64,000 nucleotides of DNA from Eledone cirrhosa (Eukaryota), in contig OZ024741.1 of the NCBI GenBank assembly GCA_964016885.1, forward strand, positions 192,324,001-192,388,000. The letters are read 5' to 3'. Below the pieces are notes generated by a model. The model saw only the letters and a program-made list of their open reading frames with translations, was not told the DNA's origin and ran no database searches. This document shows positions 28,619 to 41,949 of the stretch, piece by piece; the first letter of the stretch is position 1, and each line of letters opens with the position of its first letter. The position numbers and the translations under genes are program-made.

Positions 28619-28915
28619 CTCTCTCTGTCACATTCTATCTTTTTGATTCTCTCTTATTACTCTTTTCTCTCCTGTTTTTCTCTATCTTGTTTTCTATTTG
28701 GCTTTCTATCAATTGCTCTCTATCTCTCTTTTTCTTCCCCCTCTTTCTCTCAACAGGACTCTCCCCTTTTCACCGTTAGTTTGTCTGTATTTCTCTTCAT
28801 GGTATATGTATATAGAAATTTACATATGCATGCATATATATGTTCATGTGTGTATCTATGTAAACTATATAAATATGTATATATATATATATGAATATAT
28901 ATATATGTATATATG

Positions 28916-29048
<133 letters not shown>

Positions 29049-29188
29049 CATATATACATATATATATATTCATATATATATATATACATATTTATATATA
29101 TATGTTTATTTATATTTTATATATATATGTATATATATACATATATAGATATAAGTGAATTATATGAATAAACATGTGTGTATATGTA

Positions 29189-29245
<57 letters not shown>

Positions 29246-29251
<6 letters not shown>

Positions 29252-29885
29252 TAGTGTGGGAGGGTCAGGCTGCCAATAAAAACACACGCACCTGTTGGTT
29301 TTCATTTCAATTTATCGTAATTTTCCAACCGGAGGGTTGTTTATATATTGTCAAATTTCTTTCGTCAAACATTTCTATGATCTCCTCAGTGACTGGGTTT
29401 TTATTTTGTGTCTTTCTTTTATTCTTCTGTCCTACACCATCTTGTTTTTGTATGTTGTGTGTTGTGTGCTTGGTTTGCGCATGTGTTACATCCAGGTGTG
29501 TGCATGTTTTATTTATTTATTTATGTGTTTACTTACTTGTCACTAGTTGGTTGTTTGTTCTATCTGTGTGTGTCTGATTTGTTTTGTTAGTTTGCTTTTT
29601 GTGTATATCTTCATTTTGTCCTTAATAACTAGTTGTGATGTTGCTATTCCACTCATGTTTTCTGTTTAATTTTGGTTGGAGTTTGTTTATGTTTGTCACC
29701 TCTGTAATTTGTCTGAGCATTGCATCTTTTCTGTGTGTGGATATGATTTTTAGAACCAACCACAAATTCACAATAAATTGAAGTGAAAACCAACAGGTCC
29801 GTCTGTTTTTATTGGCAGCATGACCCTCCCAAAATATAACAATATCTGTTTCAACACACGTTTTCAGATAAGAAATCTTGCGAAA
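29246..29885. mobile_element. Diverged P5-related element with about 75-bp inverted arms and an internal minus-strand HHR-like motif
   Basis: 29247-29320 is the inverse of 29765-29842; the minus strand at 29349-29393 reads gtca-CTGAGGA...GAAA-gaaatt-tgac. Confidence 0.6.
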
Positions 29886-29989
29886 AAATTAAAAAATGAA
29901 ATATATATATATATTAGAAAGTGAACAACACAATATATAATTAGTTATATATTGTCTTGTTCACTTTCTAATTTCTTCGGAATTACCTA

Positions 29990-30024
<35 letters not shown>

Positions 30025-30025
<1 letters not shown>

Positions 30026-30365
30026 GTCTTATGGTAGCTAAGATGCTTCCATAGGCGGTATGCTGGTTGAGCACTCTATGCTCCTATGGAACAGAGTATG
30101 ATAAAATGGAAAACGAAGAATCAGTGATGCATCGGAACTCAATTTATTACTTATTACAATTGTTTCCCCGGTGAACAGCTCGAGGTGCGATCTGTGTGAA
30201 CCTGACTCTGGATTCGCAGGTTCCTCGGACACATCTAGTGATTTCGGAGCAAATCAGGTTAGATCCACAAACAGATTGCACCTCTAGCTGTTTGCCGGGG
30301 AAACAATTGTAATACGTAATAAATTGTGTCCCGATGCATCACTGATTCTTCGTTTTCCATTTTAT
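30025..30365 (-). mobile_element. Fold-back family P6 (HHR 3' half GAAAC-aatt-GTA)
   Basis: 30101-30197 is the inverse of 30269-30365; tail on the left; second copy at 35022-35320. Confidence 0.85.
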
Positions 30366-30719
30366 ATATTTATATATATATACACATACATAGATATATG
30401 TATGTTGATTTGTTGATGTATATTTAGGTACATGCAGGTGTATACATATGTCAATGTGTACACACAGTGTATAAATAGGATCATATAAAAAAACAAAACA
30501 ATGTAATAAAGAAAAATAATGATATAGAACCATGTGTGAATGTATGTGACTATGAATGGTGTTTTTGATGCCTTTCATGTATTATATACAAATATTCATT
30601 AAGTGTATTTTTATGTGATAATATCTATATCTATATATATCTATATCTATATATATATATATATCTATATATATATCTATATATATATCTATATCTATAT
30701 ATATATCTCTATATATATA

Positions 30720-30903
30720 TTGTTATACTTGGGGAGGGTCATATTGTTGTAATAATATTACCAGAAATAATAACAGAACACACTCACTGTTTGGTTGGTT
30801 TTTGCTTCTGCATCTTTCATATCTCCATAGTTAATTTATTTGGCAATCAAACGCAAAACATTATACACACACGCAAACGCATGCACAGCGACAGAGACAA
30901 AAA

Positions 30904-30934
<31 letters not shown>

Positions 30935-31258
30935 AATAAAAATGGCGTAAACACAACACAATAGGAAGAAACATGATAATAGTACTACTGATGATGTTGC
31001 AGATGTGCAACGTAAGAACTTTGTTAGACTATATATATATATATTCATATCTGTATTTTTAACCGTTGGTCACTCAATGATAAACATTGACTGTCAAATA
31101 AATTAACTATGGAGATATAAAAGATACAGAAGCAAAAACCAACCAAACAGTGAGTGTGTTCTGTTATTATTTCTGGCAATATTATTACAACAATATGACC
31201 CTCCCCAAGTATAACGATATTTGTTTCGACACATGATTTCATATAAAAAACCTCGCAA
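30720..31258 (+). mobile_element. Family P5: solo Penelope terminal repeat with an inverted arm
   Basis: 30846-31215 is homologous to 55985-56375, the 3' end of a coding PLE; 30720-30845 is the inverse of about 31092-31218; CTGATGA-ttgca/tgcaa motif near 30988. Confidence 0.85.
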
Positions 31259-31282
31259 TATATATATATATATATATATATA

Positions 31283-31692
31283 TACGATATTAAACAAATG
31301 GAAACTATATTTATAAAACCATATTTATTTCATTATACATATTTCGGGGATACCATATTAAAAATATGGCATGGCTTCTTCAGATAAAATACAATATATA
31401 AACAGTTTTATAAATAATTTTACCAAACCGGCTTCCTACATAACGGTTGCTCAATATTTATGGTACATCAAAATTATTTATAAAACTGTTTATATATTGT
31501 ATTTTATCTGAAGAAGGCATGCCATATTTTTAATATGGTATCCCCGAAATATGTATAATGAAATAAATATGGTTTTATAAATATAGTTTCCATTTGTTTA
31601 ATATCGTATATCTACTCCAAAACTTGTTGAGTGCTTTATATCAGTTATAAAATATTTACTTGTTGTAACCCAACAATTTTAAATAAAACTTT

Positions 31693-31696
<4 letters not shown>
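31283..31696 (+). mobile_element. Fold-back family P2, second copy (spacer flipped)
   Basis: Same ends as 10881-11298; HHR motif at about 31501-31564. Confidence 0.92.
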
Positions 31697-31737
<41 letters not shown>

Positions 31738-31979
31738 TCATACACACATGCACACACACACACACATATCTATATTATATCTATAGTTCATTGCATTTAA
31801 GCCCGACGGTGAAGCTTAAACTGTTTGAAAAATTCAAATCCAATTAGAAGAGTATTGTTATGGTTATCCTCGATTGTTAGTTTTACATGTAATGAATATA
31901 TCATTCTACCCTTATAAAGTATCAAGTACTGCGTTGAATAATGGTACTATTAGTTTTCTGGTTAGTAATATTATATATA

Positions 31980-32020
<41 letters not shown>

Positions 32021-32021
<1 letters not shown>

Positions 32022-32213
32022 TTTTAATGTAGATGAGATTCTACAGGACTAGAACTGTTTCATTCTTTAGAAATCATCAGGGATTCCTGATGATTTCTAA
32101 AGAATGAAACAGTTCTAGTCCTGTAGAATCTCATCTACATTAAAACTTTTATACTCTGCTATGTATTGAGTACCTTACTTACTGTGGTTACCTCCGATTC
32201 AACCCGGAATAAC

Positions 32214-32216
<3 letters not shown>
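32021..32216 (+). mobile_element. Fold-back family P1, intact
   Basis: Near-perfect palindrome at 32021-32146 plus tail; (TA)n flanks. Confidence 0.92.
32080..32132 (+). ncRNA. Type I hammerhead ribozyme motif
   Basis: Stem I gggattc/gaatctc, CTGATGA (32087-32093), short stem II ttc/gaa, GAAA, stem III acag/ctgt; predicted cleavage after GUA at 32125. Confidence 0.8.
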
Positions 32217-32285
<69 letters not shown>

Positions 32286-32469
32286 ATATATACTTTATAT
32301 ACATTATAAAACTCTTTTTTAAAAGAATTGTCCCTCTCATTTTTTCAATCATATCACTTTGACGAATCAAAGAAACGAAAAAAAAGAAAAACAAACCCTA
32401 AAATAGATTTTCCGTGTCATTTCCACCTTCATCTTTTCTCTAAAATCACTGTTTTGTATAGAACCTTAC

Positions 32470-32908
<439 letters not shown>

Positions 32909-32919
32909 TATATACACAC

Positions 32920-32988
<69 letters not shown>

Positions 32989-33027
32989 CACATTAATATA
33001 TATATATATATACATACACACACACAC

Positions 33028-33106
<79 letters not shown>

Positions 33107-33113
<7 letters not shown>

Positions 33114-33643
33114 AAGTTAAATAAAAGTCAAATGATTAAAATTTAGCTTCATTTATTACTGCTATATATATTTCAGTGACAGCCATCTTTGGCTGTGACC
33201 TCTTCAGGCAGTTTGAATTAGTATGGTATAGACAAGTACATATGTTGTTTAGGTGTATGATATTGTCAATACTCTGATATACCCAGTTCCTTGTTGGGTT
33301 GTTAATTCACTGGGGAACTGGAGTCATATGACTCCAGTTCCCCAGTGAATTAACAACCCAGCAAGGAACTGGGCATATCAGAGTATTGACAATATCATAC
33401 ACCTAAACAACATATGTACTTGTCTATACCATACTAATTCAAACTGCCTGAAGAGGTCACAGCCAAAGATGGCTGTCACTGAAATATATATAGCAGTAAT
33501 AAACGAAGCTAAATTTTAATCATTTGACTTTTATTTAACTTTATTTTACACTACTCCGGAGTAACCAAACCAACCTGCGCACTTCGTCGAGTGCTCCAGC
33601 CTGCATACTGAGGTGTTGGTATACAACCAACATAAACTCAAAA

Positions 33644-33645
<2 letters not shown>
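33107..33645 (+). mobile_element. Fold-back family P7: 442-bp spacerless palindrome plus tail
   Basis: Centre gagtcat|atgactc at 33327/33328; 221-bp arms with about 3 mismatches. Confidence 0.93.
33443..33497 (+). ncRNA. Type I hammerhead ribozyme motif (mirror copy on - strand at 33158-33212)
   Basis: Stem I actgc/gcagt, CTGAAGA, stem II acagcca/tggctgt, GAAA, palindromic TATATA stem III; predicted cleavage after AUA at 33492. Confidence 0.8.
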
Positions 33646-33689
<44 letters not shown>

Positions 33690-33690
<1 letters not shown>

Positions 33691-33850
33691 TATACAAAAT
33701 AGATGGCAAACTGGTGTATGCTTTCCTAGGTACTCAGATTCCCAGGAAGGTATACATCGGTTTGCCATCTATTTTATATACTATAGAATATTAACTTGTT
33801 TATTTATACTTTGAGGTGATTACAACCCCACTTTGAAGCAACAATACATA
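33690..33850 (+). repeat. Short imperfect palindrome with a one-sided tail
   Basis: aaaatagatggcaaac ... gtttgccatctatttt, between TA runs. Confidence 0.7.
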
Positions 33851-33864
33851 TATATATAGATAAC

Positions 33865-34050
33865 TTATCCCAGGTTCAATTGGGGGTAACCACAGTAAGT
33901 AAGGTACTCAATACAAAGCAGAGTATAAATGTTTAATATAGAAAAGCTTCTACAGGACTAGAACTGTTTCATTCGTGAGAAATCATCAGGAAGCTTCTGA
34001 CGATTTCTCACGAACGAAACAGTTCTAGTCCTGTAGAAGCTTTTCTATAT

Positions 34051-34054
<4 letters not shown>
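33865..34054 (-). mobile_element. P1 subfamily fold-back element with a minus-strand HHR (33944-33996)
   Basis: The minus strand reads aagcttc-CTGATGA-ttc/gaa-GAAA-cag/ctg-ta-gaagctt; stem I covaries relative to the 32080 copy. Confidence 0.88.
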
Positions 34055-34091
<37 letters not shown>

Positions 34092-34144
34092 CAACCTTTT
34101 CAAATACAAGTCGATGTTGTTACGGTATGTCGAATCTATTTATC

Positions 34145-34270
34145 TATAAAACTGTTTATATTGTATTTTGTCTGAGGAAGGCATAGCATATTGTTAATAT
34201 GATATCCCTGAAATATATATAATGAAATAAATATGGTTTTATAAATATAGTTTCCATTTATTTAATATTA
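34145..34270 (+). mobile_element. Single degenerate P2 arm
   Basis: Similar to 11080-11207 with deletions. Confidence 0.7.
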
Positions 34271-34283
34271 TAAATAAATATAT

Positions 34284-34773
34284 ATATTAATAATAACATT
34301 CGATTCGTTTGCAATTATGCAAACAAGCCTCAATTTTATAGCCATGTCAGTAGAATGAACCCTTCATTCTTGCTCTTGTGTTGGCATGTGAACAGAACTG
34401 CAGACACTAATGTTTCTAGGTATCACACCCTTCATCAGTACAGCTCACTGTTCACCTGCCAAACTGTCAGAGCTAATATGCAAATCAGGCCGATCAGTCA
34501 CTGTGTATTTTTGAAAATAGCATATATTTTCGCTAGCTCTGACAGTTTGGCAGATGAACAGTGAGCTGTACTGATGAAGGGTAATACCCAGAAACATTAG
34601 TGTCTGCAGTTCTGTTCGCATGCCAACACATGAGCAAGAATGAAGTGTTCATTCTACTGACATGGCTATAAAATTGAGACTTGTTGGCATAATTGCAAAC
34701 GAATCGAATGTTATTATTAATATTAGAAAAACTGAGATTACATTTATTGTATCCAGCCATGTAGAGCAGAATT

Positions 34774-34778
<5 letters not shown>
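34284..34778 (+). mobile_element. Fold-back family P8 with HHR (34563-34612; mirror copy on - strand)
   Basis: Arms 34284-34475/34534-34723; gagctgta-CTGATGA-gggt/accc-GAAA-ca ttag tg-tc-tgcagttc; predicted cleavage after GUC at 34604. Confidence 0.9.
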
Positions 34779-34815
<37 letters not shown>

Positions 34816-34832
34816 ATGTGTATATATATATG

Positions 34833-34865
<33 letters not shown>

Positions 34866-34989
34866 CTGTGTATCTCTGTGTCTGTATGTGTGTAATGCAA
34901 TTGAAAGTGAGGATAGAGGTCATCTTTGACTTCTACAAGAATAAAATTTAATAAACATACTCTACTTCATATTCTTTTGATATACCCAC

Positions 34990-35021
<32 letters not shown>

Positions 35022-35320
35022 TGTCTAATGGTAGCTAAGATGCTTCCATAGGCGGTATGCCGGTTGAGCACTCTGTGGAGCAGAGTATGATAGAATGAAA
35101 AACGAAAAGCCAGTGATTCATCGGAACTCAATTTATTGCGTGTTACAATTGTTTCCTCGGCGAACAGCTCGAGGTGCGATCTGTGTGTGGATTGACCTGA
35201 CTCTGGATTCACAGATTCCTTGGACACGTCTATTGATTTCGAGCTGTTCGTCGAGGAAACAATTGTAACACGCAATAAATTGAGTTCCAATGCATCACTG
35301 AATTTTCGTTTTCCATTCTC
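35022..35320 (-). mobile_element. Fold-back family P6, second copy
   Basis: Homologous to 30025-30365 with the same tail end. Confidence 0.85.
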
Positions 35321-35417
35321 TCTCTCTCTCTCTATATATATATATAAATATATACATACATATATATACACACACATATATAATATATATGCATCTCTCT
35401 CTCTATATATATATACA

Positions 35418-35886
35418 TATAAATAATTACAGCATTGACATAGACAGGTACTCAAGTTTCGTTGGGTTCTGGGCCCCAATTTCTTCAGCCTGTCATGAGA
35501 AAAATGAATGACAAAGATGGCCGCCTATGGTTGATTGTGTTTTCCCTATGGGGATATAACAAGAGAGTTCATGCAGGGGCAGGTAATTTAGTAAAAGTAT
35601 AGAAAAAAAGAGGTTACCCTATTTTTTTTAAATAACCCCTTTTTTCTATACTTCTTCTAAATTACCTGCCCCTGTGTGAACTCTCTTGTTATATCCCCAT
35701 AGGGAAAACACAATCAACCATAGGCGGCCATCTTTGTCTTTCATTTTTTTCTTGACAGGCTGAAGAAATTGGGGCCCAGAACCCAACGAAACTTGAGTAC
35801 CTGTCTATGCCACTGTTGTAATTATTTATACTAAACTCGTCTGAGTGCTCTTACTCTTGCATATTTCCACTTAACTTTTACTTCAG
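35418..35886 (+). mobile_element. Fold-back family P9 with HHR (35754-35805; mirror copy on - strand)
   Basis: Arms 35418-35616/35633-35830; gacagg-CTGAAGA-ttggg/cccaa-GAAAC-ttga-GTA-cctgtc; predicted cleavage after 35799. Confidence 0.92.
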
Positions 35887-36188
35887 TATATATATATATA
35901 CTTATACACCTATATAAAAGTGTGTGTGTATATGTGTGTTTGTGTGTGTGTATGCATGCATATATACATACCCAAAGTAATATATACATATATGCTACGT
36001 TTGGAAAAAATATCTCTATATTTCTACATCACATATGTATCACCAACTTTTCAATTATATTTCACAAAAATATATTACATGTGTAGACAGAATATCAATA
36101 TTTTCACAGGAAAGTTTCAGTTTCTTATTTTATACTAAATATAAAGATTTATTTTCATATGTATATATATATATATACATATATATAC

Positions 36189-36331
<143 letters not shown>

Positions 36332-36984
36332 CACACACATACATATACATATAAATATATATGTATGTATGCATGTATGTGTATGTGTCCATATTTTTTT
36401 CCTTTCCAGAAATTTCTTTCGTTACAAATTCTGTGTGGTTTGAAAAGTTAAAAAATACTTTTACTCTCCTGATCCCTCTTCTTTTAAATATAACCCCTTT
36501 ACTATAATTATTCAGGGAAAAAAATCCACAGGTATAAATTTTGAATGAAAAATCTCATTGGTTTTTAAATTTATTATTTTCCAGCAAATTTTTTACCATC
36601 GTTATATTGTTGCAACATAATGATTTGGTTCTTCATTTTTGTTGTTATTTCATTTTTTTTTTTGTCATCACCATCATCATCATCATCATCGTCATCATCA
36701 TCATTATCATTATCATTGTCATCATCACCCCCATTATCACCAACATCATCATCATCAGCATCATTAAATTATCATCATCATCGTCATCACCACCATTTTA
36801 TGCTTTTGTGTTATGTTCATCGTACTTATCGTTAATAGGGCATATTCAGTTCGACAAGAGTTCAGATGACATCTGCCCTGCCACAAGTTGTGTGTTGTCA
36901 TGTTTCATAATAAATTCTCCACATCCAACCTTTACAATAAACTTCGAATATGTTTGTAACCTAATACCAGCTTCCATGCTTAAT

Positions 36985-37965
36985 GGTAGAACAAATTATA
37001 TTGTAGAGCAAGCTTTATTGTGGTATAAACTTTGTAGTAGAACTATTTTTGTAGAAAAACAAACTTTGTGTTAGAACAAACTTTGTAATAGACAAATTTG
37101 GTGATGGAAGAAATTTCCTGGTAAAGAAAATTTGTGGTTCACAAAGTTTGTGGTAGACAAATTTTGTAATAGAACAAATAATGTAGTAGAACAAACTCTG
37201 TGGTAGAATATACTTTTGCAGTAGAACAAACTTTGTGGTAGGCAAACCCTGTGGTAGAACAAAGTCTGTGGTAGAACAAACTTTGTTTTAGACAGATCTT
37301 GTGGCAGACAGCCGTTGTGGTAAAAGAAATTGTGATAGTCTTTTTGTTAGAACAAACTTTATCATAGAATGTACTCATGGTAGAAAAAACTTTATAGTTG
37401 ACAAACTTTGAGGTAGACAAACTTTGTGGTAGACAGACTTTGTGGGAAAAAAAAAATCAGTAGTAGACACAGTTTATGGTAGAAAAAACTCTGTGATAGA
37501 CAAACTTTGAGGTAGACACAGACAGATTTTGTGGTAGGCAAACTTTGTGGTTGATAAACTTTGTTGTAAACCGATTCTGTGGTGGACAGACTTTGAGGTA
37601 GACATAGACAGGTTTTGTGTTAGACAGACTTTGTGGTAAACAGATTTTGTGGTGGACAGATGTGATAGACAGGGTCTTTGATAGACAAACTTTGTGGTAG
37701 ACAGACTTTGTGGTACACAAACTCTGGTGTAAAACAAATTCTGTGTTGAACACACTTCTTGGTAGATACAGACACTGTGGTACAACAAACTCTGTAGGAG
37801 ACAAACTTTGTGGCTGACAGACTTTATGGTAGACAGAGTCTGTGGGAGACAAACTTTGTGCTACACAGGCTTTGCTGTTGACAGAGTCTGTGGTAGACAG
37901 AGTCTGTGGTAGACAAATGCTCTAATAGACAAATTTTGTGGTCAAACAAACTTGAAAGTAGAACA
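36985..37965. repeat. 16-18-bp minisatellite (tagacaaactttgtgg-like)
   Basis: Dozens of degenerate tandem units starting about 60 bp downstream of the host stop codon. Confidence 0.9.
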
Positions 37966-38028
37966 AAAAGGAAACAAACTACCAAAAGCTGGAGAATTGA
38001 TAATTAAGTTGGCCATTTGTGTTGACAC

Positions 38029-38151
38029 TCAAGAATTCAATTTACTCTCTTTGATGACTGGGTGCCAATAATCAGCAGGTCGGTGTGGATGTTCCATTAT
38101 TTCATACCAGTGACGCAGTTGTTCACCATGGCTATACCAACCTAATTCCAC
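38029..38151 (-). CDS. Synaptotagmin-like gene, last coding exon
   Basis: tttccag|VELGWYSHGEQLRHWYEIMEHPHRPADYWHPVIKESKLNS*; carries the synaptotagmin HW..M...P.RP...WH signature. Confidence 0.9.
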   Translation of the reverse strand: MELGWYSHGEQLRHWYEIMEHPHRPADYWHPVIKESKLNS

Positions 38152-38189
38152 CTGGAAATAAACAGACATGGCAGGAGAATTAAATGAAT

Positions 38190-38480
38190 ATTCAGTGATG
38201 GTGGAGTAGTTAGTGGTTGTAGTGTTGGTGGTGTTGGTGATGATAGTGGTGGTGTTGGTGGTGGTAGGGGTGAGGGTGGTAATAGTAACGATATTGGTGG
38301 GAATGGTAAAGTTAGTAGTTGTAATTCTAGTAGTGATGGTCATGATGTTGATGGTGATAATGGTGATGGTAATGGTGGTGGTTATGATAGTGTAAAGGTG
38401 ATAATGGTGATGGTGAAAATGGTGATGAGGATGGTAGTGAAAAAAGGCAAGAGTGGTTGTTGTGGAAGTGGTGGTAAATA
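38190..38480. repeat. (GGT/GAT)n low-complexity intronic repeat
   Basis: Directly visible. Confidence 0.85.
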
Positions 38481-39887
38481 GATATTGGTTTCTTCTAGAA
38501 GTAGGACAGTATTTAATAACGATGAAAATATTATCAATCACATTATCCCCAGTATAATACTGGTACTTATTTTATTGACTTCGGAAACATGACAGTCAAA
38601 GGAAAATTTTGGTAAGAATTGAACTCATGTTATTAATCATGAGATTAATTCTTCTAAAATATATAACCCAGAGATCTACCCGGAATTTAGAATGTAAAAA
38701 AGCTAATCTGTTCTCAAATCACAAGAATCCATGGATGCACAGCATATGTATATTCTCTGCAGCATTAAGCAGATAATCTTCTCTTGGATAGAAGATTGGT
38801 TTCTTACATGTAGTTATTCCAGTGGAATAATTGAACATAACTCTGCAAGCCAGCAAAACACCTAGCCACTTCATGGTGTTATCACTACTATTGATAGCTG
38901 TATATTACATTATCTGGCTACATAAATACAAGCTGGATAGAGAGTTTAACCCTTTAGCATTTAAACCGGCCGTATCCAGCCAGAGTTCTCTCACTTCTTT
39001 CTGTTCAAATCAGCCATAACTGGCCACTCATATGATGTTAAGGTATTGTTCTCAAAATGAATAATATCAAAATCTCATAGATTCGATATTATATGAGATG
39101 ATTATGTGAGGTAAAGTCCTTACCACAAAATTATAATTGTTTCTACTTTAGGCACAAGGCCAGCAATTACCCAGTGCATAAAATTATAATAGTATAATAA
39201 TAGTAATGTAAATGTTAAAGGGTTAATGTCTGGACCAAGGACAACATTATTCTGATGACAGAATTCCACTAGTCAATCCTTGCTGTTCAATATTTCATTG
39301 ATTTAGTCATGCACTCTTTTAATACATCTGAGCTACCGTTATATCTTGGTGAACAGCAAATTTGATAGTGTCAATTAATGTACTAACTTAGCTTTTCCAT
39401 GTAGCTGGACATACTAAGTTAATTAAGGATCTGAGATTGAGATCTGTTCAATGTTGTCAAACCTAAATTAACCTTGAACTATAGCTGTTGCAGTCAGCTA
39501 TATATCTGTGAACATATACTAGACTTTTAATCAGTGTTCAATATATTAGCCATGGATAATCATTGCTCAATATATTTTTGGCCCTTAATTCCTGTTGGAG
39601 TCATAGGTGAGGCCAAACCTCTCGAGGTCAGAACAGTTGATTTCTTCAAGAGAAAGAGAGACGAAAAGAGTAAAGAGAAAAAGAGAGGAGAGAGATAGTG
39701 AGAAAGAAATATAAAGGAAGAATAGACTCCATTACGGGATTTAAATTGACCTTGATGGGTATGAACCCAGAGTCAGAAACCCAGAACAAATACTGCAAAG
39801 CATTTTATCTGACGTTCTAATGACCATATCAATTCACTGCCTCGTTCTATATATTAGCCACTGTTAATCACTGTTTAATATGTTTAC

Positions 39888-40093
39888 CTTGCCTATTCTG
39901 TGTGCTCCTGTCATCATATCCTTGTGCATCACCGTAAAAACAAACACATGACCCAGTAGTTTAGGGTTTTCTCGGTTGATATCAAAGACACACTGGTGAT
40001 GCCAAGCTGGTTCTGTCATATTCTGACGTACTTTTGTCTTGTGTTTCGCTTCCCTTAGTCCATTGACATACATCTCAACTTTGATATAGGGAT
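39888..40093 (-). CDS. Synaptotagmin-like exon (C2B)
   Basis: ag|(N)PYIKVEMYVNGLREAKHKTKVRQNMTEPAW...VMHKDMMTGAHRIGK|gtaaac; 206 nt, phase 1 to 0. Confidence 0.9.
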
Positions 40094-40869
40094 CTACAAT
40101 AGAACAACAACATTGTATCAATTATCTAATTCGTTACATGCAAATTCAATTAATTGTAAATCTAGGCATTTTATTGGTAAACATTTCAATTCAATTTAAA
40201 TCAAGTCAATAAATTTTATGTAATTCCCAATAAAACAAAAAGAGATATTTGTGTGTGTTTATTTCCCCCAATTCCATATTCTTCCATATTAATCTCTTTT
40301 GCCGTCTATTTATTTATTTGTAACAATATTTCTTGATATTTTATTGTACTGTTAGGGGGGAATAACTCCTTTTTACCATCTAAAAGTTACGCACCTGTAG
40401 CGAAATTATCAGACATACGAAACGTAGGCTAAAACAGCTAAACGTAACCACCGGAAATAGCTATCATAAATCACACGACTATTGAAGCCCAGCTAAAATT
40501 CTGTTCGGCCCTCTTCTTTGCGTTGTTCATTCACGCCGTCTCTGTTCTCTCTTGGACACTGAGACTTTGGTTGTAGCAGTCACTGATAATTGATACTGCA
40601 ACAGGCAACCTCTCACCATGGCGTTATCTTATCTCAAACAACATCTCCACATTCACTCACAAATGCCAACACATCACCACAAAATGTTTTATACCTGTGA
40701 ACACTACATCTAGAAATCTGTTGACGAAGCACTCTCTGTTATATCAAACCCTTTACGTATTCTGGTTGAGATATATTGCTACGTGGTGTCATCGTATACC
40801 ATGAAACGAACAAGAGTATGAAAATTAGTAGTTTGGTTTCCTTGTTAGCCTATGTCAATTCATTATTTG

Positions 40870-41055
40870 GTGGATTGGCAGTATCGGTAGAGGGTCGGAC
40901 GCCATGCTTTCCAGCATAGTTACGTCCCTTTACGATCTGAGTTCAAATCCCGCCGAGGTTGACTTTGCCTTTCATCCTTACGGGGTCGATAAAATAAAGT
41001 ACCAGTAATGCACTGGGTAATTGCTGGCCTTGTGCCTAAAGTAGAAACAATTATT
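40870..41055 (+). mobile_element. Main-family SINE
   Basis: Full head, core and tail. Confidence 0.88.
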
Positions 41056-41352
41056 GGTCCAGATCGTTTTTCCAACCACCATACAAATCAACAAATACAA
41101 CACATCGACCAACACACTAGGTTCAACAACTACAACAACCAACACTTATCTGCTAAAATGGTAATTGCCAACATATTAACCTTTCGCGAAACACCAGAAT
41201 GGAAATAGAAATGCTTAACTTATCTATATTTATATATCTATATTACTCTATATATTTGTATTGAATGGTATATATTTTTTCATTATATGTTATGTGTATA
41301 CACACACACACACCTCCCACCATGTATATATATATATATATGTATATATGTA

Positions 41353-41455
<103 letters not shown>

Positions 41456-41501
41456 ATATATATATATATATATGTGTATATATCTATATATCTATATGTG
41501 C

Positions 41502-41553
<52 letters not shown>

Positions 41554-41585
41554 ATTTACATATACATAAAGTCAAAGATATATAT

Positions 41586-41948
41586 GTGGCAACCGGTCAC
41601 GTTGTGGCTCAATGAAGAATTAATAAATTAAATAATCAGAGCAATATATCATAAATCATGTCCTTAGAATTATTAGATAAAATATATACCATTTCCTCTC
41701 CCAATTAGCATAATTAACCATATAAAAAATCAATTAAACCAGGCTATAAGAATAAAGACTCCTATGAAGAAATTTTCGACAAATAACCAAAAGCGGCCTC
41801 TTCGCGGTGACCCCAATAGAGTATTTATCCAACATTTCAACAGCATGTAGAAACTTACTAAATATACCGTCAACCATACACAATTAGGTGTAAATTTTTT
41901 TATATGGTTAATTATGCTAATTGGGAGAGGTATATATTTTATCTAATA
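41586..41948 (-). mobile_element. Fold-back family P10 abutting the 5'-truncated PLE
   Basis: 41670-41730 is the inverse of 41893-41948; homologous to 56448-56650. Confidence 0.7.
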
Positions 41949-41949
41949 G

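Noticed and set aside
40354-40850. Higher-GC unique stretch (also 48530-48730 and 46654-47100)
   Set aside because: No ORF homology, TIRs or complete structure recognised; probably unclassified repeat fragments.
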